This document shows positions 51,440 through 63,222 of a DNA stretch of 64,000 nucleotides, in pieces. The stretch lies in contig NC_090408.1 in assembly GCF_036365525.1 (NCBI RefSeq), positions 15,539,599-15,603,598 of the forward strand. Reading direction: 5' to 3'. This DNA comes from Heterodontus francisci. Taxonomy: Eukaryota. Each line of letters opens with the position of its first letter. Position 1 is the first letter of the stretch. A program made the position numbers and the translations under genes. Below the pieces are notes generated by a model, which ran no database searches, was not told the DNA's origin, and saw only the letters and a program-made list of their open reading frames with translations.

Positions 51440-52280
51440 CATATTTAGCAAGACAAATTATCCATTGAAGTCAAAGCACCCTCACTCATTCTGGCGGAAA
51501 TTTCACGTATAGAAAGTTTTCGTGGTCGCATGTTAATTGCAGTTGCAGCATTCGTAAATATAAAACCTTTCAAAATTAAAGCTAACTTTAACCAACCTGG
51601 GGAAATAGGTTTGTAATCACTTGCATGTCGAGACTTGCAGCTTTTCACTCAGTAACTGGTAACAAGCATCGCTTTCAATGGATTTCCAGGCTAGTTTCTC
51701 AAACTGATATTCACAATGTCACCACTGAAACGGGAAAACAATAAAACCTTGTCTAATATTGTCTCTCGCTCGCAGCAATTCCCGTCCTTTTCAGGCTCCA
51801 GAAATATGATTGTTCCCGGCAAATTTTCTACGTATTGTCAAACCGCTCTCGCACAGTTACAAATCGATTCCGATCTAACAGGCTCAACTAACACTGGTTA
51901 ATAATTCCCTGACGTGCTCAAAGCAAAATCAAACACAGAACTAGAAAGCTCAAAATTCCCAGTGCAGTTTTAAATACCTCTTGTCATACAAATGTTTCAA
52001 AATAATGCTTTGCAATTATGTAATATATCCAATAATTAAGCCTGCAGACAAAGACCCAGTGAAGATAAAACTAGGTCAGGATAACGGTCACCACTTAAAC
52101 CTTCCCCAATTGACGTCCGGTTATAACAGTCCACTCACTGCTTGCTTAATGCGTACCGTGTGTGTGTCTGGTTATCATGGGCGCAGTGTGCAACTAAAGG
52201 GGAGACTTGTGCATTGAGATGACTAACTCTGTATGGTTAATGCTACTCTCTTGTAACGCTGTGGATTCTCACCGGTAAAT
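51440..52280. promoter_or_regulatory. Candidate promoter/enhancer (no recognisable repeat, CpG-retaining)
   Basis: More CpGs by eye than neighbouring unique DNA. TGACGT at 51910 and 52111, CCAAT at 52106, GGATTTCC at 51680, GAAACGGGAAA at 51727. Confidence 0.25.
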
Positions 52281-52639
52281 TTACAGGGATTTACATTAAT
52301 ATTTTGCACTGGGGAGATTGCATTTATAAAATGGCCTTGATGCAGTTCTAGTGTAAATGCAGTCTAGTCATGCCCTGACTCTCAATTTCCACTAGAACAA
52401 CAACTTCATTTATATAGCGCCTTTAACGTAGTAAAATCATTCCAAGATGATTCATCTGGAGTATATGAGGAAAATTGATACTGATCCACATTAAGCAATG
52501 TTAGGGCAGTTGACCAAAAGCTTGGACAAAGAAGTAGGTTCTAAGGAGTGGCTTAAATGAAGAGAGAAGAGTAGAGAAATAGAGAGGTTTAGGGAGGGAA
52601 TTCCATGCAGAGTGTAGAGCCTAGGTTGCTGAAGGCAGT

Positions 52640-55245
52640 GTGATTCACTAATGTCCTTAAAGGAAGGAAATATGCTCTCCTTACCCGGTCTGGACTTTAT
52701 TAACTTCAGACCCAAAGCAATGTGGTTGGTTAACTGCCACTCAGTTATATCCAAATGTTATGAAAAAGTCTAAGAAAAATAAAACTGGATGGACCACCCA
52801 GCATCAACCGAGGTGCTGGAAACAACAAAGACACACCCAGCCCGGTAGACCCTTCAAAGTCCTCCTCACTAACATCTGAGGACTTGTGTCAAAATTGGGA
52901 GAACTGCTGCAAAACCTAGTCAGGCAATAGCCTGACAGTGTCATACAGAATCATACCTTTCAGACAATGTCCCAGACTCCTCAACCCTGGGTATCCCATC
53001 AGCCAGACAGACCCAATAGAGCTGGCAGCAGTGGTATACAGTCGGGAGGGAATGGCCCTGGGAGTTCTCAACATTGACTCAGGACTCCATGAAGTCTCCT
53101 GGCATCAGGTCAAACATGGGCAAAGCCTCTTGCTGACTACCACCAACTGCCCTCTCAGCTGATGAATCAGTATTCCTCCATTTTGAACACCCTTGGAAGA
53201 AGCATTGAAGGTAGCAAGGATGCAGAATGTACTCTGGGTGAGGGACTTCAATGTTCATCACCAAGAGTGGCTCAGTAGGACCACTACTGACTGAGCTCTG
53301 AAGGACATAACTGTCAGACTTCACCTGTGGAAGGTGATGAGAGAACCAACAGGAGGGAAAAACCTACTAGACCTCATCTTCACCAATCTACCTGTTGCAG
53401 ATGCATCTGTCCACGACACTACTGGTAGGAGTGACCACTGCGCAGCCCTTGTGGAGACGAAGTCCGTCTTCACACTGAGAACACCCTCCATCCTGTGTAG
53501 CACTCACCGTACTAAAAGGAATGGATTCAGAACAGATCTAGCAATTCAAAACTGGGCATCCATGAGGCACTGTGGGCTATCAGCAGCAGCAGAACTGCAT
53601 TCAACAACAAGCTGTAACCTCATTGCCCAGCATATCCCTCATAGCACCGTTATCATCAAACCAGGCAACCAACCCTGGTTCAATGAAGAGTGCAGGAGAG
53701 TGTGCCAGGAGCAGTACCAGGCATACCTAAAACTGAGCTGCAAACCTAGTTAAACTACAACACAGGACTATGTGCAGACTAAACAGCGGAAGCAGCATGC
53801 GATCCCATAAACAAAGGATCAGATCAAAGCCCTGCAGTCCTGCCACATCCAGTTGTGAATGATGGTGGACAACTCAACAACTAAGGGGAGGAGAAGGTTC
53901 CATGAACATCCCCATCTTCAATTACGGCAGAGTCCAGCATGAGAGTGCAAAAGACAAGGCTGAAGTGCTTGCAACCGTCTTCAGCCAGAAGTGTCAAGTG
54001 GATGATCCATCTCAGCCTCCTCCTTAGGTCTTCACCAGCACAGATGCCAGTCTTCAGTCAATTTGATTCACTCCACGTGCTATCAAGAAATGGTTGAGCA
54101 CACTGCATACAGAAAAGTGTATAGGACCCAGCAACATCCCAGCTGTAGTACTGAAAACTTGTGCTCTAGAACAAACCACACCTCTAGCCCAGCTATTCCA
54201 GTATAGCTACAACATTGACACCTACTCAACAAAGTGAAAGTTTGCCCAGGTACGACCCATCCAAAAAAACCCCAAATCCAGCTAATTACCACCTATCAGT
54301 TTGTCAATCATCAGCAAAGCGATGAAAGGTGTTGCTGATTGTGCTATCAAGCAATACTTACACACCAATAACGTGCTCATCAATACTCAGTTTGGGTTTC
54401 CCCAGGATCACTCAGCTCCAGACCTTTTTATGGCCATAGCCCAAATATGGATAAAAGAGCTGAATTTGAGAGGTGAGGTAGAGTGACTGACCTTGACAGC
54501 AAGGAGCTGTAGTAAAATTGAAGTCAATGGGAATCAAGGAGAAAACTCTCCATTGGCTGGAGTCATACCCAATATAAAGGAAGATGGTTGTGGTTATGAA
54601 AGGCCAATCATCTTGGCCCTGTTAGCCAGAAAGTTAACTGGACCAGCCATATAAATGCAATGGCTACAAGAGCCAACTCAACAAAATGAGACTGGGAATT
54701 CTGTGGCAATTAACTCACCTCCTGACTCCCCAAAGCCTGTCCACCATCTACAAGGCACTAGTCAGGAGTATAATGGAATACTGTCCACTTGCATGGATGA
54801 GTGCAGCTCCAACACCACCCAGGACAAAGCAGCCCACTTGACTGGCCCCCCATCCACCATCAGCACACAGTGGTAGCAGTGTGTACTATCTACAAGATGC
54901 ACGGCAGCAACTTTCCAAGGCTTCTTCAACAGCGCCTTCCAAACCCGTGATCTCTACCACCTAGAAGGACAAGGGCAGCAGATGCATGGGAACACCACCA
55001 CCTGCAAGTTCCCCTCCAAGTCACACACCATCCTGACTTGGAAATATATTTCTGTTCCTTAAATGTCACTCAGTTAAAATCTGGAACTCCCTACCTAACA
55101 GCTCTGTTAGTGTACCTACACCACATGGACTGCAGCAATTCACGAAGGCACCTCACCACCACCTTCTCAAAGGTAATTAATAATGGGCAATAAATGCTGG
55201 TCTTGCTAGTGAAGCCTGCATCCCATGAATGAATAAAAAAAAAAG
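52640..55245 (+). mobile_element. Long decayed LINE family B (APE + RT) preceded by SINE-B-like 5' sequence
   Basis: KVLLTNI*GLVSKLGEL, EPTGGKNLLDLIFTN, SDH, QPWFNEEC and QFGFPQDHSAPDL motifs; family-B tail at 55170-55245. Confidence 0.85.
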
Positions 55246-55249
55246 CAGG

Positions 55250-56320
55250 GCCACCAATGATGGAGTAATTAAAACCTGGATTGTGCAAGAGGCCAAAATT
55301 GATGGAGCACAGAGATCCCAGAGGGTTGTAGAGCTGTAGCAGATTACAGAGATAGGGAGGGCTGAGGCCATGGATTGATTTGAAAACAAGGGTGAGAATT
55401 TTAACATTGATACATTGTTGCACCAGGAGCCAATGTAGTCCAGTGAGAAAAGGATTTTTTTTTTTTAATTTGTTCATGGGATATGGGTGTCACTAGCTAG
55501 GCCAGCATTTATTGCCCATCCCTAATTGCCCTTGAACTGAGTGGCTTGCTATGCCAGAGGGTATTTAAGAGTCAACCACATTGCTGTGGATCTGGAGTCA
55601 CATGTAGGCCAGACCAGGTAATGACAGCAGATTTCCTTCCCTAAAGGACATTAGTGAACCAGATGGGTTTTTACAACAATCGACAATGCTTTCATAGTCA
55701 CCATTAGACTCGCTTTTTAATTCCAGATTTATTAATTGAATTCAAATTGATGGGTGAATGGGACTTGATATGAACTAGGATATGGGAAGCAGAGTTTTAG
55801 ATGAGCTTAATGTTACAGGGGGCATAAGGTGGGAAACCAGCCAGTAAAGCATTGGAATAGTTGAGTCTACAGGTAAGAAAGGCATGGATGAGCTTTTGAA
55901 CAGCATATGAACTGAGGCTGGCTGGAAACGGGCAATGTTACAGAGTTGGAAGTAGACAGTCTTGGTGATGGAGTGCGCATGTGGTCAGAAGCTTAGCTCA
56001 GGATGAAGTAGAATGCCTAAGTTGCGACATATAGATAAGAATGGAACAGGGGTGAGGGCAGCCCCATCCCATTAGACAACGGAGAACCGGCATTGGAGGA
56101 GGATAGTGTGTTCAACTGTGTCAAAGGCAGCAAACTGGTCCACAAGGATATGGATGCCAGGTCACAGACACATAGGATGTTATTTGTGACTTTGATAAAG
56201 GCTGATTCAGTGCTACGTCAGGGGTGGAAGCCTGATTGGAGGAATTCAAATATGGCATTATAGGAAAAATCGGCATGGATTTGGGAGGTGACATCAGGTT
56301 CTAGGACATCACAGCTGCCA
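55250..56320 (-). mobile_element. L2-clade LINE fragment with nested SINE family B (55455-55748)
   Basis: LTGLHWLLVQQCINVKILTLVFKSIHGLSPPYL motif. Confidence 0.8.
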
Positions 56321-56332
56321 AACGAAACACAA

Positions 56333-57092
56333 TAAATAACTTGCATTTATATAGGACCTTTCACATTCTCAGCATTTTCAAAAGTGCTTCACAGGCAATG
56401 ATTTATTTTGAAGTCATATAGACAACGGGCAGCACAGTGGCGCGGTGATTAGTACCGCAGCCTCACAGCTCCAGCGACCTGGGTTCGGTTCTGGGTACTG
56501 CCTGTGCGGAGTTTGCAAGTTCTCCCTGTGACCGCGTGGGTTTCCGCCAGGTGCTCTGGTTTCCTCCCACAGCCAAAGACTTGCAGGTTGATAGGTAAAT
56601 TGGCCATTGGAAATTGCCCCTAGTGCAGGTAGGTGGTAGGAGAATGGTGGGGATGTGGTAGGGAATATGGGATTAATGTAGGATTAGTATAAATGGGTGG
56701 TTGTTGGTCGACACAATGGGTCAAAGGGCCTGTTTCAGTGCTGTATGACTAACTGCAGCAGCCAATTTATGCACAGCAGAATCCCACAAACAAGAGATAA
56801 ACGACTATTGTTTTTGCAGTGTTGGTTGAGGGATTAATGTTGGCCAAGGTACAAGAACTCACCTGCTCTTGTTCACTTAGTCCCATGGGATTTTTCCATC
56901 CACTTGAATAAGTGCATGAGGCCTCCATTTAAAACACTTAACATGTTGTCTGAAAGGTAGCACCTCCGACAGTACAGCATTCTCTTAAGACTGCACTGAA
57001 GTGTCAACTTAGATTTTGGTGCTCAAGTCCTGATGTGGGGTTTGAACCCACAAGCTTCTGACTCAGAGGTGAGAGTGTTACCCATTGAGACA
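56333..57092 (-). mobile_element. Deu-domain SINE (SacSINE1/AmnSINE1-like), split by a younger V-SINE
   Basis: Minus strand GCTGTACTGTCGGAGGTGCTACCTTTCAGA...AATCCCATGGGACTA...AAGAGCAGG..AGTTCT...TCCCTCAACCAACAC; tRNA-like head GGGTTCAAACCCC; L2-like tail. Confidence 0.7.
56427..56750 (+). mobile_element. tRNA-derived V-domain SINE (HE1-like)
   Basis: Complete head GGGCAGCACAGTGGCGCGGTG. Confidence 0.9.
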
Positions 57093-57927
57093 AACTGTCA
57101 CATATTGAAAAATGGATTAAACCTGTCCCTTATATTTCACAGTTTTCAATATAGAAATCAGAATTTGACAAAGTGGTAATTAAAAGCTTAAATGACAAAT
57201 ATAAACCTTTATGCAAGGCTAGGCTATGTGATCACCTGAGCACCTTGATGAGATTGTCTTATCTATCCAGTATTTCCTCTCCTGTCTGTTGATAGGCCCA
57301 CTGTTGCTATAGTATCAATCAGATGATGTCATAGATATGCGAGTTCTATGTCACTATCATCCCTCATGTCCTTTCACCTGTGTCACACAGCCTTTATATT
57401 GTTCAATGTGCTCACAACACAATGATAACAGCTTTTCAAAATTGTTTAGATGACAAATAGATATTTATGGCAGCAATTCCACCTCAGGGTTCTTTTGACA
57501 AGTTTAAGATACCAGAGCTGTTTGACTGCTTCATTTCCTTGTGCACTGTAATTTGCATAATACACTATATACTTTTATAGCATAGAAGACTATTTATTGG
57601 TCCTATTGTGTCTGTGTTAGCTCTTTGCTAGAGTAGTCCAAACCTAATGCCACTCCCCACCACTTTCCCTTGTCTTCATCTGCTTCAAATATTTATCCAA
57701 TTTTCCCATAAATGATGGTCCCTATTTCATTTATTTGATCGAGTTGTCTATATTTCACTTCTTTCCATTCAAAGTATACTCTCACTCTTTGTTTCTCTTT
57801 CCATTATGTATTACCTTGCACATATTCACATTACAATGCATCAGTTATCTGTCTGCCTGTTCTGCCAACCTCTCCATGTTCCACTGAAGTCTCTTACTGT
57901 CCTCCTTCCTGTCTGCTCTGGAGACTC

Positions 57928-58066
57928 CAGTTCTAATGAAGGGTCACTGAACTGAAACGTTAACTCTGCTTATCTCTCCACAGATGCTGCCAGACCTGCT
58001 GAGTATTTCCAGCATTTCTTGTTTTTATTTCAGATTTCCAGCATCTGCAGTATTTTGCCTTTATTT
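57928..58066 (+). mobile_element. Penelope-like terminal fragment (degenerate hammerhead)
   Basis: CAGTTCTAATGAAGGGTCACTGAACTGAAACGTTAACT... Confidence 0.8.
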
Positions 58067-58069
58067 AAA

Positions 58070-58866
58070 TGTTTACCCAGTTATCGATACAGCCAATTAT
58101 ATGCTCTACTTTTTATCCCAGAATAAAATACACCAACCAGGTTTCTTTACTAAACAAAATCAGTTTATTATAAAACAAGACTTAACCAGTAACAAAGCAA
58201 AACACTAACACACTGATTAAAATATGAAAGTTCCCTTTTTAAAAAATTCTCCCATTACACTCACACAAACACCGGGAAAAAATACTATAGTTCACTCTGC
58301 AGAGGTCTGTTACAAAAAAAAGACAAAAAAAACTACTTTGGCCAAATACTTGCTAATTCTTGACAAAGAAAGGAGATATGGAAGGAAGTCAGTTGTCCCT
58401 TTTTTTGGTCTGCCATCCGGGTATACAGAGACGGGTCACTGGGATCGTTTCAGAAGCTGTCCGTTCTGGAGATGTCCAGAGTTATTCTAGTCGGCTTTCT
58501 AAGAGAAATGTGGCATCACGGTTTTTCCACCAGCACAGGCTTGAATTGCAGAATTTTTTCAGCTCCTCAGGAGTTATATGGCACCAGGGATTTTTTGTTC
58601 CCCACATTGGATCTTGGCAGGATTTCTACAAAAAAGTAGAGAAAGAGGTGAGCTGGGTGACTTCTTTTTCCTTGGCAGGAAAACACCAACTGTCTTCAAA
58701 ACAGTTCACACTGCAACTAACTGAAAACAATGTCCAAACCCCAGAGGGCAACCTCCTGACCTCCACAAACTTCTCTGTAACCATTTTTCCCAGGTCACCA
58801 AGGGTTCTGCTGTTTTCTGAGCCCAAATCACAGGTGGCCTCCAGCACAGGTGGCTTTCAAACCACA
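58070..58866 (-). mobile_element. Possible solo LTR
   Basis: Bounded by TG...CA, with minus-strand AATAAA (GTTTATT near 58144-58150). No TSD confirmed. Confidence 0.3.
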
Positions 58867-59612
58867 GGCTGAATTTTAATCGCGTGCCGCGCACTTTCAA
58901 CTCGGCAGCCTTCCGATACGGAAGTGCCGCCGAGGAGCCCCCGCGATATTAGGCGTGGGGGTTCATTTAAATACAGGGGGTGGAGTGGCCACCATGTCCC
59001 CAGCAACGGCATCCGGCATCCGGCATCCGGCACCACTGTGCAGGTGCCAGGACCATTTTTAAAGGGCTTTAAGCCCTTAGCAAAAATTACAATTGTTAAA
59101 GGTGTGGCATTATTAATTTTTATTACATAAAAACTGTTGTGATGGAGGCCCTTCCCCAAGCCCCGCAATGGTCATTTCATTGCTTGGAGATAACCAAAAA
59201 ATGCCTTTGTCCCTAACCGAACTTTACCCCCCGACCTTCAAATTTTTGCCCTTCAACCCCTTCCCACCATTCACACAACCAATCAAAATTGTTTTGCCCG
59301 CTCCCCAATCCCTTCCATCCTGAAAATTTTATTCCTCCCCCTTCCCCACCTGATTCTCGCCTCGGAACTCCGTATGGAGTTCCGAAGGCTCGCGAAGCAT
59401 GAATGGCGGCTGTAAAATTGGCGTGGGATGGCTGCCACCTGCATGTGCAGATGAAGGGCCCGCCACTAGGCGGCAGGGAGCCGCAACAAAATCCCCCCGC
59501 CACCGGTTACATGCAGCGGGCCCTTCTTGATGTCGAGGTGGGCCTCTCCCAGCAGAATTTTACCGGCCCCGTACCACGACCCACGGGGTTGAGGGGCCGG
59601 TAAAATTCAGCA
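58867..59612. mobile_element. Harbinger-type GC-rich MITE
   Basis: TIR GCTGAATTTTA (58868-58878) / TAAAATTCAGC (59601-59611). Left end similar to 32895-32980. Confidence 0.8.
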
Positions 59613-60489
59613 TCACATCTCAAGACCAAGCGGCGAACTTGGTAAAAAAAAATCCATGGAATCTTTTCAGTTTTAACACAAGTTTTCAAAAAATAAAATA
59701 TTCAAAAAAAATGGAAGCACTTTCGTAACGATAGGCAACTATAAATGTGAACACAGGAACTTACAAAGGGGAAAAAGTGGGCACAAACTCGAACATAAAT
59801 AATGACAAAGGAAAAGTTTTGTAGATAGTAAGTGTGCAGATGTTAGATACTGTACCAATATAGTGCCTGTGGTATTGCTTATGGTCAGTTTATAAAGATA
59901 CTTTTTTATATTTAGAGATGGCAACAGAATCGATAAAGACTTCAGACACTCATTTGCTATTTGCTACAGCTTATAGCAACATTGTGACAGCTGACATTTC
60001 AGAACTGAATATGAAATGTTGACATAATAATTTGCCTTGATACACGTTGACAACAAAGCATGACCATAAATTGTAACACCAGGAAATGTGCACCTTTTGC
60101 AAGATTCTTAATTGTATATGTATTGAAGAATCAGATTTTCTCCAGCACTGAAATGTATCTTCAACATCCAGTCCTCATTAAGCTTCATATTGACCCTGAT
60201 TTTGTGGCAGTAACGATGGAGAAACTGTTAGTGCTCATCGTCATTACTCCACTGAAACGGACAGCAACTTCTGGAGTTCACACATGTGCAGAATAAAGTG
60301 GAAATCCAGAAGCTGCTGTCAGTGATTCTACGCTTCTCCAGAGGGTGCGCTATTGAAGCACCCACCACCACCACCCCGCCCCCTCCCGAACCCAGACTGC
60401 AATCAATGGGAAATCTATGAACTGACGAGAACTTCCACTCTTACCCCGTTACTTTCACTGCAAAAACCCTTGAAAAAGTTATACCTAAT

Positions 60490-61255
60490 GCAGGTGGGAA
60501 GTATACAGTAAATGGCAGAACCCTTAGGAGTATTGACAGGTAGAGAGATCTGGGCGTACAGGTCCACAGGTCACTGAAAGTGGCAACGCAGGTGGATAAG
60601 GTAGTCAAGAAGGCATATGACATGCTTGCCTTCATTGGTCGGGGCATAGAGTATAAAAATAGGCAAGTCATGCTGCAGCTGTCCAGAACTTTAGTTAGGC
60701 CACACTTAGAATATTGCGTGCAATTCTGGTCGCCACACTACCAGAAGGACGTGGAGGCTTTGGAGAGGGTACAGAAGAGGTTTACCAGGATGTTGCCTGG
60801 TCTGGAGGGTATTAGCTATGAGGAGAGGTTGGATAAACTCGGATTGTTTTCACTGGAACGACAGAGGTGGAGGGGTGACATGATAGAGGTTTACAAAGTT
60901 ATAAGCGGCATGGACAGAGTGGATAGTCAGAAGCTTTTTCCCAGGGTGGAAGAGTCAGTTACTAGGGGACATAGGTTTAAGGTGAGAGGGGCAAAGTTTA
61001 GAGGGGATGTGCGAGGCAAGTTCACTCCCCACAGAGGGTGGGGAGTGCCTGGAGCTTGTTGCCGGGGGAGGTGGTGGAAGCAGGCACGATAGCGACGTTT
61101 CAGAGGCATCTTGACAAATACATGAATAGGATGGGAATAGAGGGATACGGACCCTGGAAGTGCAGAAGGTTTTAGTTTAGGCAGGCATCAAGATTGGCGC
61201 AGGCTTGGAGGGCCGAATGGCCTGTTCCTGTGCTGTCCTGTTCTTTGTTCTTTGT
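60490..61255 (+). mobile_element. Young CR1-clade LINE 3' fragment
   Basis: 170-aa ORF with LVRPHLEYCVQFWSPHY; TGTTCTTTGTTCTTTG tail. Confidence 0.92.
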
Positions 61256-61512
61256 TGAATGAGGTGTAACTCGGTTTTTTTTAAATGGCATACCAATTTC
61301 ATAATTACTGCTAAATACCCTCACTGGCCCTGAAAGGCAAATTTTAATTTGTCGAATCTTAAATTTCTCCATAATGATAAAATGCTCCACATATTTTTAA
61401 ACTCATTTTTTAAAAATAAAGTTTCTTTATTTTATCTTCTTTTTAATCCAGTCATGATCATTTATTCTGCTATCCGAAAATTTAAATTAAAAGTGAAGGA
61501 TATTAACTTCCT

Positions 61513-62218
61513 TTAATAAAAGCAAAATACTGCAGATGCTGGAAATCTGAAATAAAAACAGAAAGTGCTGGAAATACTCAGCAGGTCTGGCAGCATCTGT
61601 GGAGAGAGAAGCAGATTTCAAGTTTCAGGTCTGTAACCTTTCATCAGAACTGGCAAAGGTTAGAAATGTAATAGGCTTTGAGCAAGTGAAGGCGGTGGGG
61701 TGGGGGGGGGGGGGCGGGGAGGGGGAGAGGGGGGGTGAAGAACAAAAGGGAAGGTCCGTGATAGGGCAGAGGGCAGGATAGATTAAGTGGCAAAAATATC
61801 ATGGAATAAAAGGCAAATTGAGTAACAAAAGACAAAGCATTTGTCCAGAGAGAGTGTTAATGGCAGAATAGTGAACAGCTCTGTCCAAAAGCAAGAACAT
61901 GAAAAACAAATTTAAGACTGGTACATGGTTAAAAAAAAAATCAAAATTGCGATCATGACCTGAAGTTGTTGAACTCAATGTTGAGTCCAGAGGGCTGTAG
62001 AATGCCGAATCGGAAGATGAGGTCTGTTCCTCAAACTTGCGTTCAGCTTCACTGGAACACTGCAGCAGGCCGAGGACAGAAATGTGGGCATGAGAGCAGG
62101 GAGGTGAATTAAAATAGCAAGCATCCGGAATCTTGGGGTCATGCTTGCAGACTGAGTGGAGGTGTTCCACAAAGTGGTCACCCAATCTGCGTTTGGTCTC
62201 CCCAAGGTAGAGGAGACC
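61513..62218 (-). mobile_element. Penelope-like element 3' fragment
   Basis: GDHFVEHLHSVCKHDP...RKFEEQ; terminal repeat with degenerate hammerhead at about 61612-61653. Confidence 0.9.
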
Positions 62219-62873
62219 TGGTTAGCTGTGTGATTACTTCAAAGTCATTGGCTGCTTACCTGCTTGCTTATTTCCCTGCTGCTACACGCCAAGAGATTCC
62301 CTTGACATGGTGCCAGATTTAAACTGCTGTTGGGAAAGGGGAAACCAGGCCATAGAGATTGCTCACTTTCTCCAAGCACTATCGCTTTGCCACTAACTAC
62401 AAAATCCAGCCGATTATATATCTAAAGGTTACTGTGAAATGATGAGAATCATCAGTCAAGGCAGTTGTGCAGCAGACTGATGGGAAGGAAGCCTGAGGCA
62501 GAAAGAAAATGATACGTCAACATATTTTATGAGATGAATGAAATGTATAATTTCACACTTGACGACACTGGCCTTTCCAAACAATCATAGAACACATAGA
62601 TTTGCAATGATGAACTGCAGCCTTGACCATTGCTAGGAGCTGGAACTTCACTGAAAGCAGCTTTCAGTTTCAATGTGGCTGAAATTAACCATTAAAATCC
62701 TCTTCAACCACTGCACTTTGATATTTATATGGTGTCAGGGTGGAAAAATATAATTGAGGGAAGCTTTTATGACTTCTCACTTGGGCAGTAACAAGTCTTC
62801 AAATAATTTTCGATGACTTCCATGCTCATCAGTTTGGTATCTGTGCAGGACAATTGATTTTGGATATAGATTT

Positions 62874-63222
62874 TTTTTTAGATTTAGAGATACAGCACTG
62901 AAACAGGCCCTTCGGTCCACCGAGTCTGTGCCGACCATTAACCGCCCATTTATACTAATCCTACACTAATCCCATATTCCTACCACATCCTCACCTGACC
63001 CTATATTCCCCTACCACCTACCTATACTGGGGCAATTTGTAATGGCCAATTTACCTATCAGCCTGCAAGTCTTTTTGGCTTGTGGGAGGAAACCGGAGCA
63101 CCCGGAGGAAACCCACGCAGACACAGGGAGAACTTGCAAACTCCACACAGGCAGTACCCAGAATTGAACCCGGGTCGCTGGAGCGGTGAGGCTGCGGTGC
63201 TAACCACTGCGCCACTGTGCCA
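62874..63222 (-). mobile_element. tRNA-derived V-domain SINE (HE1-like)
   Basis: Same family as 3506-3850. Confidence 0.9.

Noticed and set aside
58360-58872. 170-aa ORF
   Set aside because: No recognisable motif; lies in a probable repeat (possible solo LTR).
60190-62410. Possible DNA transposon split by CR1 and Penelope insertions (ends CCTGATTTTGTGG / CTACAAAATCCAGCC)
   Set aside because: TIR match is poor and no TSD was found; not supportable as one element.
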